NCBI GenBank assembly: GCA_965223865.1
Contig: OZ245020.1
Span: 352,001-416,000, forward strand
Length of the DNA: 64,000 bases
Direction of reading: 5' to 3'
Source: Nitrosarchaeum sp.
Lineage (GTDB): Archaea; Thermoproteota; Nitrososphaeria; Nitrososphaerales; Nitrosopumilaceae
Shown: positions 1-8,953 of the stretch, in pieces
Position numbering within the stretch: the stretch's first letter is position 1
How the letters are laid out: the number at the start of each line of letters is the position of its first letter
Translations under genes and position numbers: made by a program
Notes under the pieces: generated by a model
Seen by the model: only the letters and a program-made list of their open reading frames with translations
Database searches by the model: none
What the model was told of the DNA's origin: nothing

Positions 1-426
1 ATCAACATTTCAGATGTTATCATAAAAGTAATCCCACCAAAAGACATAGAGTTTAGAGGAGAGACGCTTCATAGATTCTCAACAATCGAAAAAAATACTC
101 CAGTTGGGATTACGTCAAGAATTATTACAACAAATGAAGAAGTAAATACAGAGTATAAAATACCATTTGAGATAATTGTAGAGTATACAGATGATGAGGG
201 AGAGAGAAATATGGATTCAAAAACAGTATCTTTGATTTTAAGACCTCGTACATTTATGGAGCTTACGACAGATGGAGGAATTTGGATTGGTAACTTTTTC
301 ATAGCACCATACGTCTCACTTGGCACTATCATTGGAATTCCAGCTGGGGCAATAATATCCCTAATTATAAGAAAAAAAACATCAAAACCCAAGAAGAGAA
401 AAACTAAAAGAAAATCTGGTGCCTAA
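1..426 (+). CDS. 3' part of a secreted/membrane-anchored protein (COG1361 S-layer-like), truncated by the window edge
   Basis: Frame is open from base 1 to TAA at 424-426; Ig-like segment (EYKIPFEIIVEYTD), C-terminal TM helix and Lys-rich tail. Confidence 0.55.
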   Translation: MNISDVIIKVIPPKDIEFRGETLHRFSTIEKNTPVGITSRIITTNEEVNTEYKIPFEIIVEYTDDEGERNMDSKTVSLILRPRTFMELTTDGGIWIGNFFIAPYVSLGTIIGIPAGAIISLIIRKKTSKPKKRKTKRKSGA

Positions 427-722
427 GCTTGGAGTTTTTCATGAATTGAGTTAATGTATTTTTGGCTATATTCAGTATACATTTGGATTTTGTCTTGTGC
501 TAATGCCATGGCTCCAGGTCTACTATTTACTAATTTTTCAGCAGTTTGTTGTTCTTCTAAGAGTTTTTTTAAGTTCTCTTTGCTTTGAGAATCAAGTTGT
601 AAGAGTAATGTATGAAGTTCGTTTTCAAGCAAGTTTTTAGTGTCAGGAATTGCTGGAGGATCAGCTCCAATGATTTCTTTTGTTGTAATTTTTCCAAATA
701 CTTTTTTGTCTAGTTCGGTCAA
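423..722 (-). CDS. Hypothetical helical protein
   Basis: 99-aa ORF, TTG start, plausible composition. Confidence 0.6.
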   Translation of the reverse strand: MTELDKKVFGKITTKEIIGADPPAIPDTKNLLENELHTLLLQLDSQSKENLKKLLEEQQTAEKLVNSRPGAMALAQDKIQMYTEYSQKYINSIHEKLQA

Positions 723-799
723 TAATGAAAAACTCCATATGGTGTTATAAATTCAATTTGGATTTCTAATTTTATCAAATCTTGTATTAGAATAGTTTT

Positions 800-889
800 T
801 TAAAAAATAAAGGCTAAGATTGCAATGCAATTACTTTCTCAGATTTGATATGAGTGCTCTGATTTAATTAGAATTTATAAAGAAAATTA
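800..889 (+). repeat. Left arm of perfect 90-bp inverted repeat (partner 1820-1909)
   Basis: Base-by-base reverse-complement match to 1820-1909; contains palindrome ATTGCA-A-TGCAAT at 819-831. Confidence 0.95.
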
Positions 890-895
890 GGTTTA

Positions 896-1021
896 ATGAT
901 TCAGGTAAAAAATGACTCTTTTGATATATGTCAGTGTGATGTTTGTGAAAATTGTAATTTTGACACTGAAAAGAACAAGAAATTATGTCAAGCTTGTATC
1001 AAGAATATTCATAAATTCTAG
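896..1021 (+). CDS. Cys-rich 41-aa microprotein, putative Zn-binding (not in ORF track)
   Basis: Manual translation MIQVKNDSFDICQCDVCENCNFDTEKNKKLCQACIKNIHKF*; 6 Cys plus His; TTTATAAA upstream. Confidence 0.6.
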   Translation: MIQVKNDSFDICQCDVCENCNFDTEKNKKLCQACIKNIHKF

Positions 1022-1605
1022 TAATCATGTTCGCTAAAATCTGATCCTAATGAGATTGTTGCAATGATAGTACTTTTTGTAGTTTGGAATTTAAGATTTT
1101 TGTCAGGTACAAATTGATGAAATATTTCTTTAAGTAGTTGTTCTGTAAACAATGACCAATTCATTCCTAATTCATGTTGAATAATAAAGTGGTGTAATTC
1201 TCCCTCTGTTCTATGGTCGGATTTCATTCCAGATGCTCTGATATAGTCTTCTAATGTTTCAATACAACGTTTAAGATCATACTGACCTTTCATGAAAAGA
1301 ACAGTATCTTTAATCAGAGGAAGAACTGCTTTGATTATTTCGTTAATATCTGTACCATCCATTTCTTCGCCAAGTGAATCCAAAATTCCTTTTGGAACAG
1401 GAATCATACCAATTTTATCGCCAAAGCGATCCCATTTTACATACTTTTCAAGAATTTGTTTTACCAAAACATTTTGTGAGATATTTTTATGCATTGCTTC
1501 GGTTTCAAGCTCCTCTACAACTTTTGCAGGAAGACGATAAGTAATACTACGGGTCTTTTCTTTTTTTGGCGGATGAGTTTGTCTACTTGTTGGAGCTGAT
1601 TTCAA
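1018..1605 (-). CDS. Ribbon-helix-helix regulator with C-terminal putative sensor domain
   Basis: RSITYRLP...ELETEA...ISQNVLVKQIL RHH pattern; paralogous to 12666-13187. Confidence 0.75.
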   Translation of the reverse strand: MKSAPTSRQTHPPKKEKTRSITYRLPAKVVEELETEAMHKNISQNVLVKQILEKYVKWDRFGDKIGMIPVPKGILDSLGEEMDGTDINEIIKAVLPLIKDTVLFMKGQYDLKRCIETLEDYIRASGMKSDHRTEGELHHFIIQHELGMNWSLFTEQLLKEIFHQFVPDKNLKFQTTKSTIIATISLGSDFSEHDY

Positions 1606-1819
1606 TATGCTTTATTCCAATAGTCGATATACCTAGTATTAATGTCATATTTTAGTTTAAAAGGAAAAAAGGTAAAAAAACTATTTTTTCTTAAAGAAGA
1701 ATTCGTCTTTTTCTTCTAGATCCTTGTTCTACCTCAGAAATTTACACAAATTAGAACAAATCTACAATGAAAATGAAGAAAAATTTCAAACTTGGATGAA
1801 TATATCAAGATAATAGCCG

Positions 1820-1909
1820 TAATTTTCTTTATAAATTCTAATTAAATCAGAGCACTCATATCAAATCTGAGAAAGTAATTGCATTGCAATCTTAGCCTTT
1901 ATTTTTTAA
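1820..1909 (-). repeat. Right arm of perfect 90-bp inverted repeat (partner 800-889)
   Basis: Exact reverse complement of 800-889; ends 18 bp before ATG at 1928. Confidence 0.95.
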
Positions 1910-1927
1910 TCAGAATAATATCATCCA

Positions 1928-2257
1928 ATGAATGGTAAGATTTTGGTTTTATTGACTGCTGTCGTCTTCACCATGGGTTACTATGCAGAAAATACAGTTG
2001 CATTTGCACAGTATATGGGTAACGTAGGCAGTGGAGGAGAAACCGGAGCATATACCTTAGAAGAAGCACTCGAAATTCAAAGAAGAAGAATTGATGCAGC
2101 AGAAGCAAATCCAGCATCTGGTTCAGGCACACCCTATCTTGATGCAAGTGGTGTAGTTGGTGCATCAGTTATTGCAGGTGCAGTCTTTGGTGGTATTGCA
2201 GCAGCCTTCTTCATTAGAGGAAGATCTGGAAAATACGCAGCAATGGGACGTGGTTAA
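1928..2257 (+). CDS. Small secreted, C-terminally membrane-anchored protein
   Basis: Signal peptide ending AFA, Gly-rich, C-terminal TM helix. Confidence 0.75.
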   Translation: MNGKILVLLTAVVFTMGYYAENTVAFAQYMGNVGSGGETGAYTLEEALEIQRRRIDAAEANPASGSGTPYLDASGVVGASVIAGAVFGGIAAAFFIRGRSGKYAAMGRG

Positions 2258-2320
2258 GATGAATCATTCCCAGAATTTTATAATATATTTAGAAAATGTG
2301 CAAAAAAAGGGAGGTAGAAT

Positions 2321-2530
2321 ATGACATATTGTATTGGTGAATGTAAGAAATACAAAGCAGCAAAGCCAGCTCAAATTGGTAGATATGCAGCAGGACAAAA
2401 GAGATGCAATTACTGTGAAATCTTTGTAGATTATGATGGGATTACTTGTCCATGTTGCAATAGACAATTAAGATGTCTTCCACGTAGCAGAAAAGGTAAA
2501 GAGAAGTATCTAGAACAAATAGTGCTCTAA
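2321..2530 (+). CDS. Small Cys-rich zinc-ribbon protein
   Basis: CIGEC, CNYC, CPCC motifs; GGAGGT SD-like sequence upstream. Confidence 0.75.
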   Translation: MTYCIGECKKYKAAKPAQIGRYAAGQKRCNYCEIFVDYDGITCPCCNRQLRCLPRSRKGKEKYLEQIVL

Positions 2531-2545
2531 TAAGATAAAAAGGAA

Positions 2546-3025
2546 TTATTGTACTGATACTGACTTTTTCTTTTGTGTTCTAGTTGGTTTTGCTTTAGGC
2601 AGTGTAATATCTAATACACCATCAGTAAGTTTTGCCTTTACTTTTCCTGACACCACATCTTCAGACATTGGTAATGTTCTGTAGTATGAAATATGACTTC
2701 TCTCCTTTCTGAGAAAGTTTTTTTTCTTTTCTTCAGATTCCTCTTTATGCTCAGCTGATACTTCCAAGGAATTATCAGTTACGTTTAGGTTGATCTCATT
2801 TTTCTTTACTCCAGGAACATCCATTTTTACACGGAATTGGTTGCCTTCATCTATGACATCACAAGATGTTTCTGGCATTTTTGGCATAGATAATGAGGGA
2901 AATGATGAAAATGCTTTCTCCATATCCTTTCTTAGGTTTTCAATTGATCTGTCAATATCTGTCCAGCTAGATGTCCAAAATGTAGTAGGTTTTGATTCCT
3001 TTTTTACCGGTTTTTTTGTTGCCAT
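2546..3025 (-). CDS. Hsp20/alpha-crystallin small heat-shock protein
   Basis: DVPGVKK...L.VSAE...AKLTDGVLDITLPK. Confidence 0.92.
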   Translation of the reverse strand: MATKKPVKKESKPTTFWTSSWTDIDRSIENLRKDMEKAFSSFPSLSMPKMPETSCDVIDEGNQFRVKMDVPGVKKNEINLNVTDNSLEVSAEHKEESEEKKKNFLRKERSHISYYRTLPMSEDVVSGKVKAKLTDGVLDITLPKAKPTRTQKKKSVSVQ

Positions 3026-3145
3026 GATAAAAAATTTTTAAAAAATAATTTAAAATGTTAAGATAATTCCCAAAAACTGAAATAAGCAATAATCATGCGT
3101 GAAAATAAAACGTCTATTTATAAGAAAATAATTCTAGGTAATTAT

Positions 3146-3418
3146 ATGGTAATTCCAGTAGATATCCAAGATTATGTTGAAAAACATATCAAATTAATGA
3201 TTTCTCAAACTGAAACTTATCTTCCGTTCATCAAGATGGCATATCCTTACTCCAAAAATTTAGCTGATGGAGTTTACAGTTTAATAGTTGGTAGTGCACT
3301 TTCTGTATTTGTTAATCAGTATGCAATGAGAATGAAAAACCCTACAGCAGATGATTTTTCAGAATTTGGCAAGATTACACTAAAGTATAGAGATCAAGTA
3401 GAACAGTTTTTTACCTAA
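3146..3418 (+). CDS. Conserved hypothetical protein
   Basis: ORF 3095-3418; internal ATG at 3146 is the more likely start. Confidence 0.65.
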   Translation: MVIPVDIQDYVEKHIKLMISQTETYLPFIKMAYPYSKNLADGVYSLIVGSALSVFVNQYAMRMKNPTADDFSEFGKITLKYRDQVEQFFT

Positions 3419-3814
3419 TCAATCGATTTTGATTTTTTGGCCGGAGAACTTCTTTGGTATTACAATGTTTAAACGTCCGTTTTCAAATTTTGCAGTAGTT
3501 TTGTTTTTGTTTATGTTTCCTGGAAGAGTAATTGTTTTTTTAAAATACTGAAATTTTGTTTGTACACCTAATTTTTCTTCAGAATATATTTCTCTTAGTT
3601 TTGCTTCTACACTTATTGATCTTTCATCAAAAGTTATTTTGATATCTTTTTTGTTTACTAGAGGAAGATCAAATTCTAGTAACCAATGAGTTCCAAATTC
3701 TCTTAGGCAAGAAAGTGGAGAAAGGATTTGACTATCCATATCATCACTAAATAACGAAGTCATTGAGGGCTGAATTATTCTGATTTCAAATTTATCATTA
3801 TTTATTTTGGTCAT
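3419..3814 (-). CDS. Hsp20-family protein
   Basis: DLPLVNKKDI...AKFENGRLNIVIPK. Confidence 0.85.
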   Translation of the reverse strand: MTKINNDKFEIRIIQPSMTSLFSDDMDSQILSPLSCLREFGTHWLLEFDLPLVNKKDIKITFDERSISVEAKLREIYSEEKLGVQTKFQYFKKTITLPGNINKNKTTAKFENGRLNIVIPKKFSGQKIKID

Positions 3815-3818
3815 TTAA

Positions 3819-4544
3819 TCACCGATAAATTTGAGGAGCTCTTGTAGGTTGTTTTTCCTGTTTCTGTTGTTGTAAAGCACGAATAGTTTCTTCCATTAGA
3901 TTTCTATGTTGTATTCTTAGTCGTTCCATTTTCTTTTGAATATCAGTTGTATCTACTTTGATATTCAAAACTTTGGCCAGGGTTGTTATGGCTAAAATTG
4001 ATGCTTCTGGATCTGGAAAGAAAGGATGACATTCTGCATATAAAATTAATGCAGGAATTTTTGATTTTCTAAAAACTGAAATTATTGCAGCGTCAGTACC
4101 AAAAATTGAACCTGCAAGAAATTTTGAGATTTGATTTATGTATAGAAGTTCTTCTAGTGATTTGTGTGTAACTAATCCATAGATTTTAGGTGATTTTGGA
4201 CTTTGGTTTATTGTTTCCATTCCACTTACTATAATGATTTTTTGAATATCGTTATTTTTGCAGTATTGTAAAATTGATTCAGAAAAATCATACGCACGAT
4301 ATGGATCAAATGGAAGGTCAGATATTATTACAAAAATATTATTTTTTTTGTAAATCCGAATTGGTGGTAAAATTTCTCCATCTTCTACAAATAAGGTAGG
4401 AGGTAAATCAGGATGTTCAATTTCTCCAATTTGTTTCATACCTAAGTAATGGATTAGATAGGATATTGAAAAGGTTCCAACTAGACCATTACTTGGAAAA
4501 CCTACTAACAAAATATTTTCTTTAGATAATTTACTAATTTTCAT
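3819..4544 (-). CDS. Proteasome assembly chaperone (PAC2 family)
   Basis: GFPSNGLVG N-terminus, PDPEAS motif, C-terminal IYR tail. Confidence 0.85.
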   Translation of the reverse strand: MKISKLSKENILLVGFPSNGLVGTFSISYLIHYLGMKQIGEIEHPDLPPTLFVEDGEILPPIRIYKKNNIFVIISDLPFDPYRAYDFSESILQYCKNNDIQKIIIVSGMETINQSPKSPKIYGLVTHKSLEELLYINQISKFLAGSIFGTDAAIISVFRKSKIPALILYAECHPFFPDPEASILAITTLAKVLNIKVDTTDIQKKMERLRIQHRNLMEETIRALQQQKQEKQPTRAPQIYR

Positions 4545-4546
4545 AA

Positions 4547-5713
4547 CTAGAATATTGGCAATCCAATTTTTCTAACACTGGTTTTAGAACGCCTTTTTGC
4601 ACGTTTAGATAATGTCTTTAATAGCTTCTGGCTTAGATCTTCTAAAACTTCACTGAGATCAAATCCAATTGAACTGTAAATAAGAGGGGCACGGTGAGGT
4701 GTTGTAATCATTATCGATACTTCATACTTTCCTTCTTTTTTATTTCCAGTTCTTTGTTGTTTGATTGAAACTCTAGCCTCTTGAATTTCAGAATATACCT
4801 TTTGTAATCTTTTAAGAGTATTCTCAAATTTTTTGCTAATCAAATTTGTATTTTTTTGGTCTTCTGGTAATCCAACAATGTATAATGGAATTGGAGTTTC
4901 TATTTTTGATGCGAGTAATCCAAGAATATCTCTAAAGGTAATAATTCCATGAAGATTTTCCCATAAATTAACTAAACAACAAGAAGTGTTTGTTTTAAGC
5001 ATTGAACTTACAATTTTATTAAGATCATCATTTGGCGTACATTGAGGAATTCTTGTACTTCCAATATTTCCTATTCTAGATTCTAGTTTGCGAATAGTTT
5101 TGCTTCCCATCGATTTTCGTCCTTGACTTTCTTGTGGTAATATGGATTCTAAAAGATGTGTAGACGTAAGAACTTGTTTAATTTTTCCTTGATTCATGAC
5201 AGGTAAATGATCCAATTTTTTTGAGGTCATAATCCTTCTTGCATTGCTAAGTGATTCTTCTGAAGAGATTATTATTGGATTCTGGGTGTATATCAAATTG
5301 GCTTTTATCCATTTGTTATCTTTAGTTGAAAGTAGCTTCAAAATTCGTTTAGCGGTAACTACTCCAACGATTTTATTTTTTTGAACTACAGGTACTTCAC
5401 GAATTCTATAATGAGCAATAATATTTGCAGCCTTTTGAATTGAGTTATTTGGAGTTACAAAAGGAATTGGATAAAGAAATGGTTCTACTTTCATGGTTGT
5501 AATACTTTTGGCGTTAAGTAGTGCTCTGGTGTTCGTGGAAAGTGTTGATTTTCCATTAAGACAAAAAACGTCATATGAGTTATTTTTTGAAATTTTACTA
5601 ATAACACTTGAAAGAGTATCTGTTGGTTTAATTATAGTTGCTTTAGAAATTAGAGATTTTACTTTAGTAAATTGAATATCTTGGAGATGCTCATAAATTG
5701 TATCACTAATCAT
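4547..5713 (-). CDS. Multi-CBS protein with C-terminal HPF/RaiA-like domain (candidate ribosome hibernation factor)
   Basis: Four CBS repeats, then a ~100-aa basic beta-alpha-beta-beta-beta-alpha segment (LYIVG...KKFENTLKRL...ARVSIK...YEVSIMI...DLSEVLEDLSQKL). Confidence 0.7.
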   Translation of the reverse strand: MISDTIYEHLQDIQFTKVKSLISKATIIKPTDTLSSVISKISKNNSYDVFCLNGKSTLSTNTRALLNAKSITTMKVEPFLYPIPFVTPNNSIQKAANIIAHYRIREVPVVQKNKIVGVVTAKRILKLLSTKDNKWIKANLIYTQNPIIISSEESLSNARRIMTSKKLDHLPVMNQGKIKQVLTSTHLLESILPQESQGRKSMGSKTIRKLESRIGNIGSTRIPQCTPNDDLNKIVSSMLKTNTSCCLVNLWENLHGIITFRDILGLLASKIETPIPLYIVGLPEDQKNTNLISKKFENTLKRLQKVYSEIQEARVSIKQQRTGNKKEGKYEVSIMITTPHRAPLIYSSIGFDLSEVLEDLSQKLLKTLSKRAKRRSKTSVRKIGLPIF

Positions 5714-5801
5714 TTTGTTCTATCTAATTGGATTTCTTCCTAGTTTTAAATTAAAAGAAAATGCCAGATTTTCAGAGTTGATTTTCATGGATGATATTTG
5801 A

Positions 5802-6701
5802 ATGGATATATTTAACGAATTAAATCAACATGGTGTATTGCAATTAAAAAATGCAGATCTTAATCAGATCATAATCAAGAGGACTATAACTGTAAATCCC
5901 GATACCATACTTTTGGATGCAAGAGATATCTTACTTCGACATAATTTGAAAAGATTGGTAGTTATTGACTCAAAGAATAAACCAGTTGGAATTATCACTG
6001 AAAAAGATATTGCCAAGACAATTTATGCACTTGGAGACAAACCAATCAAATCTGTGAAAGTTTCAGGGTTTATGTCAAAGAAATTAATCACAATTAAAAA
6101 GACAGATACAATTTATGATTGCGCAAAATTGATGGAAAAAAATCATATCAGTTCCATTGTAGTTCTTGGTAAAAATGGTGTTTTAGAAGGCCTAATAACA
6201 AAAACAGACCTGGCCTCAATTTTTTTAACTCATGCTATAGCACCGCTCAAAGTTTCAAAAATAATGACTAGAAAAGTGATTACAGCAATGCCTGGTGATT
6301 CTCTGCTTTATGTTGAAAGTCTGTTAATTCATAACAGGATAGCAAGAATTGTTGTTCAAAGGAACAGAATTCCTGTTGGTGTGATAACTTTTAGAGATTT
6401 TGTTCCAGCAAAGTTACCATATTGGATTACACAGTCAGCAGATCCTAAGGAAGTTCAAGAATACAAAATGAGAAGTAATTTTGATGGTTTTCGTGTAAAT
6501 CAAATGAGTCATCTGTTACATTTCAAAGCAGTAGATATAATGTCTTCAAATCCAATTACAGTAGATGCAGATGAGGATGTTGGAGTAGCTGTTTTGTTAA
6601 TGATAAGAAATAACATTAGTGGCATTCCTGTTGTAAAAAAATCAAAACTTGTTGGAATAATTACCAAAACAGACATTGTAAAAGCTATTGCAGAGGCTTA
6701 A
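5802..6701 (+). CDS. CBS-domain protein (4 CBS, with a ~40-aa insertion)
   Basis: Repeated LVV...VGIIT.KD motifs. Confidence 0.88.
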   Translation: MDIFNELNQHGVLQLKNADLNQIIIKRTITVNPDTILLDARDILLRHNLKRLVVIDSKNKPVGIITEKDIAKTIYALGDKPIKSVKVSGFMSKKLITIKKTDTIYDCAKLMEKNHISSIVVLGKNGVLEGLITKTDLASIFLTHAIAPLKVSKIMTRKVITAMPGDSLLYVESLLIHNRIARIVVQRNRIPVGVITFRDFVPAKLPYWITQSADPKEVQEYKMRSNFDGFRVNQMSHLLHFKAVDIMSSNPITVDADEDVGVAVLLMIRNNISGIPVVKKSKLVGIITKTDIVKAIAEA

Positions 6702-6703
6702 GA

Positions 6704-7114
6704 CTATTTTACAATAAGAATAGAACAAGGTGAATTGTTTGCGAGTTTATTTGAAGTGCTTCCAAGAAAGAATCGTGCTGTAGCACCAAGTCCTTTATTT
6801 CCTACAATAATCAAATTACATTGTTCTTTTTTTGCAAGTTTGATAATCTCGTTTGTAACATTTCCTTCCTTCATAACTATTTTAGAATCAACACCTCTTC
6901 GAATGGCGGTTTCTTTTGCTTTAACCAAAACTTTGTTTCCAAATTTTCTTAAAATTTCAAGATAGTCTTTTCTATCTAATAGATTAATAGGAATTGATTT
7001 TTCTACAACATACAAAATTATTAGTCTAGCCCGGTAATTTTTTGATATATCACATGCGTGTAATAGAGCTTTATCTGAATATTTTGAGCCATCAAGTGGA
7101 ACCAAAATATTCAT
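6704..7114 (-). CDS. Universal stress protein
   Basis: ILVPLDGS...IVGNKG...LGSTS...ILIVK; ATG at 7114. Confidence 0.92.
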   Translation of the reverse strand: MNILVPLDGSKYSDKALLHACDISKNYRARLIILYVVEKSIPINLLDRKDYLEILRKFGNKVLVKAKETAIRRGVDSKIVMKEGNVTNEIIKLAKKEQCNLIIVGNKGLGATARFFLGSTSNKLANNSPCSILIVK

Positions 7115-7295
7115 GTAAAATGATTTTCTCATGCAAAAATTTACAGATTATGAATATTTAACTAAACTCTTTGAAATTTATGTTATTAGACAGATATCAA
7201 TTAATTTTATAATAAAATAATGAAATTAAAAGATGATTATTATTATTGATAATCTTAATTCGGTATTAAATCGTAAAAATTGAGGCTAAAAGCAA

Positions 7296-7724
7296 ATGAT
7301 CAGAAAAAACATAAAAAAAATTCTAGTCCCACTTGATGGCTCTAAAAATTCCATGAGAGGATTAAATGAGGCAATTTATCTTGCAAGACAATGTTATGCT
7401 ACTATTACAGGATTGTATGTAATCCCAATTTATCCAAGAAATTTTGCTGATGCAATTATACCATATCAAATTCATCTTACAAAATCAGCTAAGACATTTA
7501 TGAATAATGCAAAAAATATCTGTGCAAAAAAAGGAATAATGTTTAAATCAAAAATAATTTTTGGTAGTCCAATTGTAGAAATTAATGATATGGTAAATAC
7601 CAAAAAATTTGATCTTATTGTAATAGGTTCAAGGGGTCAAAGTGGATTAAAGGAACTATTTTTGGGTAGTGTGGCAAAAGCTATAGTTCATAAATCAAAA
7701 GTTCCTGTGTTAGTAATAAAATAG
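7296..7724 (+). CDS. Universal stress protein
   Basis: ILVPLDGS...VIGSRG...LGSVA...PVLVIK. Confidence 0.93.
   Translation: MIRKNIKKILVPLDGSKNSMRGLNEAIYLARQCYATITGLYVIPIYPRNFADAIIPYQIHLTKSAKTFMNNAKNICAKKGIMFKSKIIFGSPIVEINDMVNTKKFDLIVIGSRGQSGLKELFLGSVAKAIVHKSKVPVLVIK
7308..7423 (+). repeat. Left arm of perfect 116-bp inverted repeat (partner 9255-9370), encoding the USP N-terminus
   Basis: Exact reverse-complement match checked base by base. Confidence 0.95.
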
Positions 7725-7732
7725 GTGTAAAG

Positions 7733-8200
7733 ATGTTTTCTAAAATGTTAACAAGAATTCTTGTACCATATGATGGTTCAAAATATTCTGAAAAAGCATT
7801 ATCAAGGGCAATGGAACTATCACATAATTTGGATTCTCAAGTGTTTTTGTTTTCAGTAATCAATGTAGATTACATTTCACCTCCTGGAATACTTGGACTA
7901 GCCAGAGCAAAATCTGAAAAAGAGTCCATGAAAAAATGGGAAAAAACAGTCAAAGATGATTCCGAAAAAATGCTAAAATCTGCTGCAAAGAAATGTGAAG
8001 AAAAAGGAATTGTAGTATCTTATAGTATTGGTAAAGGCAATATTGCAAATGAAATACTAAATTTTTCAAAAAAGAAAAAAATTTCATTAATAGTTATTGG
8101 AAGCCAAGGTCTTCATGGAATAAAAAAATTCAAGACTCTAGGAAGTGTAAGTAGAAGAGTTTCAGAGCATGCGATTTGTCCTGTACTTATAGTTAGATAG
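7733..8200 (+). CDS. Universal stress protein
   Basis: ILVPYDGS...VIGSQG...LGSVS...PVLIVR. Confidence 0.92.
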   Translation: MFSKMLTRILVPYDGSKYSEKALSRAMELSHNLDSQVFLFSVINVDYISPPGILGLARAKSEKESMKKWEKTVKDDSEKMLKSAAKKCEEKGIVVSYSIGKGNIANEILNFSKKKKISLIVIGSQGLHGIKKFKTLGSVSRRVSEHAICPVLIVR

Positions 8201-8202
8201 AA

Positions 8203-8433
8203 TTAAGCTAATTCGCCTAAAAAGTGTACAATACCTTGATCTACTAGAACAGTTCTATCTTTAGGAACATGAAATAGTTTTTTTGAATTATTTGTTGATT
8301 GAACAATAAGTTTTGAAAAAGGATCATTGAGGGATTTGTACAAAATTCCTTGTTCACCAATAGATTGTGACCAATGGGTGCCTTGAATAAATGAAATAGT
8401 TTGAAATTTAATTATTTGATAAGAATAAACCAT
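8203..8433 (-). CDS. Small hypothetical protein
   Basis: 76-aa ORF in operon with the upstream CBS gene. Confidence 0.65.
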   Translation of the reverse strand: MVYSYQIIKFQTISFIQGTHWSQSIGEQGILYKSLNDPFSKLIVQSTNNSKKLFHVPKDRTVLVDQGIVHFLGELA

Positions 8434-8439
8434 GGTAAA

Positions 8440-8880
8440 TCATTTGTTTTGTTTCATGCGAGTAATAATTTGATCAGAGATATTTCTCATCTCTGAATCA
8501 GAACCAAGGCTGCAAATTTTCACTAAATCTGTTGTAGTTATTATTCCAATTATTTTGTTATCTTGTTTTACAGGTAGCTTGTGAATGTTTTTGGTTTTCA
8601 TAATTTGTGCGGCTTCCCATACTGTTTGATCTGAATCAATTTCAATAAGTGGAGAAGTCATTACTTTTTCTATGGAAGAAGTTAATGATATTTCTTTGGA
8701 GGCTATTTTTTTTACAAAATCTCTTTCTGTCAAGATTCCAATAGGATGACTGTCTTTAGTTGCAATTATGCATCCAATATTTTTTTCATCCATCATCTTT
8801 GCTGCTTCACTTATTGTAGTTGATATATCTAAGGTAGCTAAATTATCGATCATGGCATCTTTTACAGATGTGTATCCCAT
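8440..8880 (-). CDS. Stand-alone CBS-pair protein
   Basis: EAAKMM...IGILTERD...KLPV...IGIITTTD. Confidence 0.9.
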   Translation of the reverse strand: MGYTSVKDAMIDNLATLDISTTISEAAKMMDEKNIGCIIATKDSHPIGILTERDFVKKIASKEISLTSSIEKVMTSPLIEIDSDQTVWEAAQIMKTKNIHKLPVKQDNKIIGIITTTDLVKICSLGSDSEMRNISDQIITRMKQNK

Positions 8881-8953
8881 ACAATTAATTTAAAATTTAT
8901 TCTAATAAAGGAGATCCTTATTTTCATGAAAAGAACTTAAATTTCTAAAATCA

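Noticed and set aside
1628-1639. TATACCTAGTAT shared with 17369-17380
   Set aside because: Only 12 bp, at different distances from start codons; could be chance
800-1909. Interpretation of the IR-flanked segment as an IS element or MITE
   Set aside because: No transposase, no evident target-site duplication, and the cargo is a regulator
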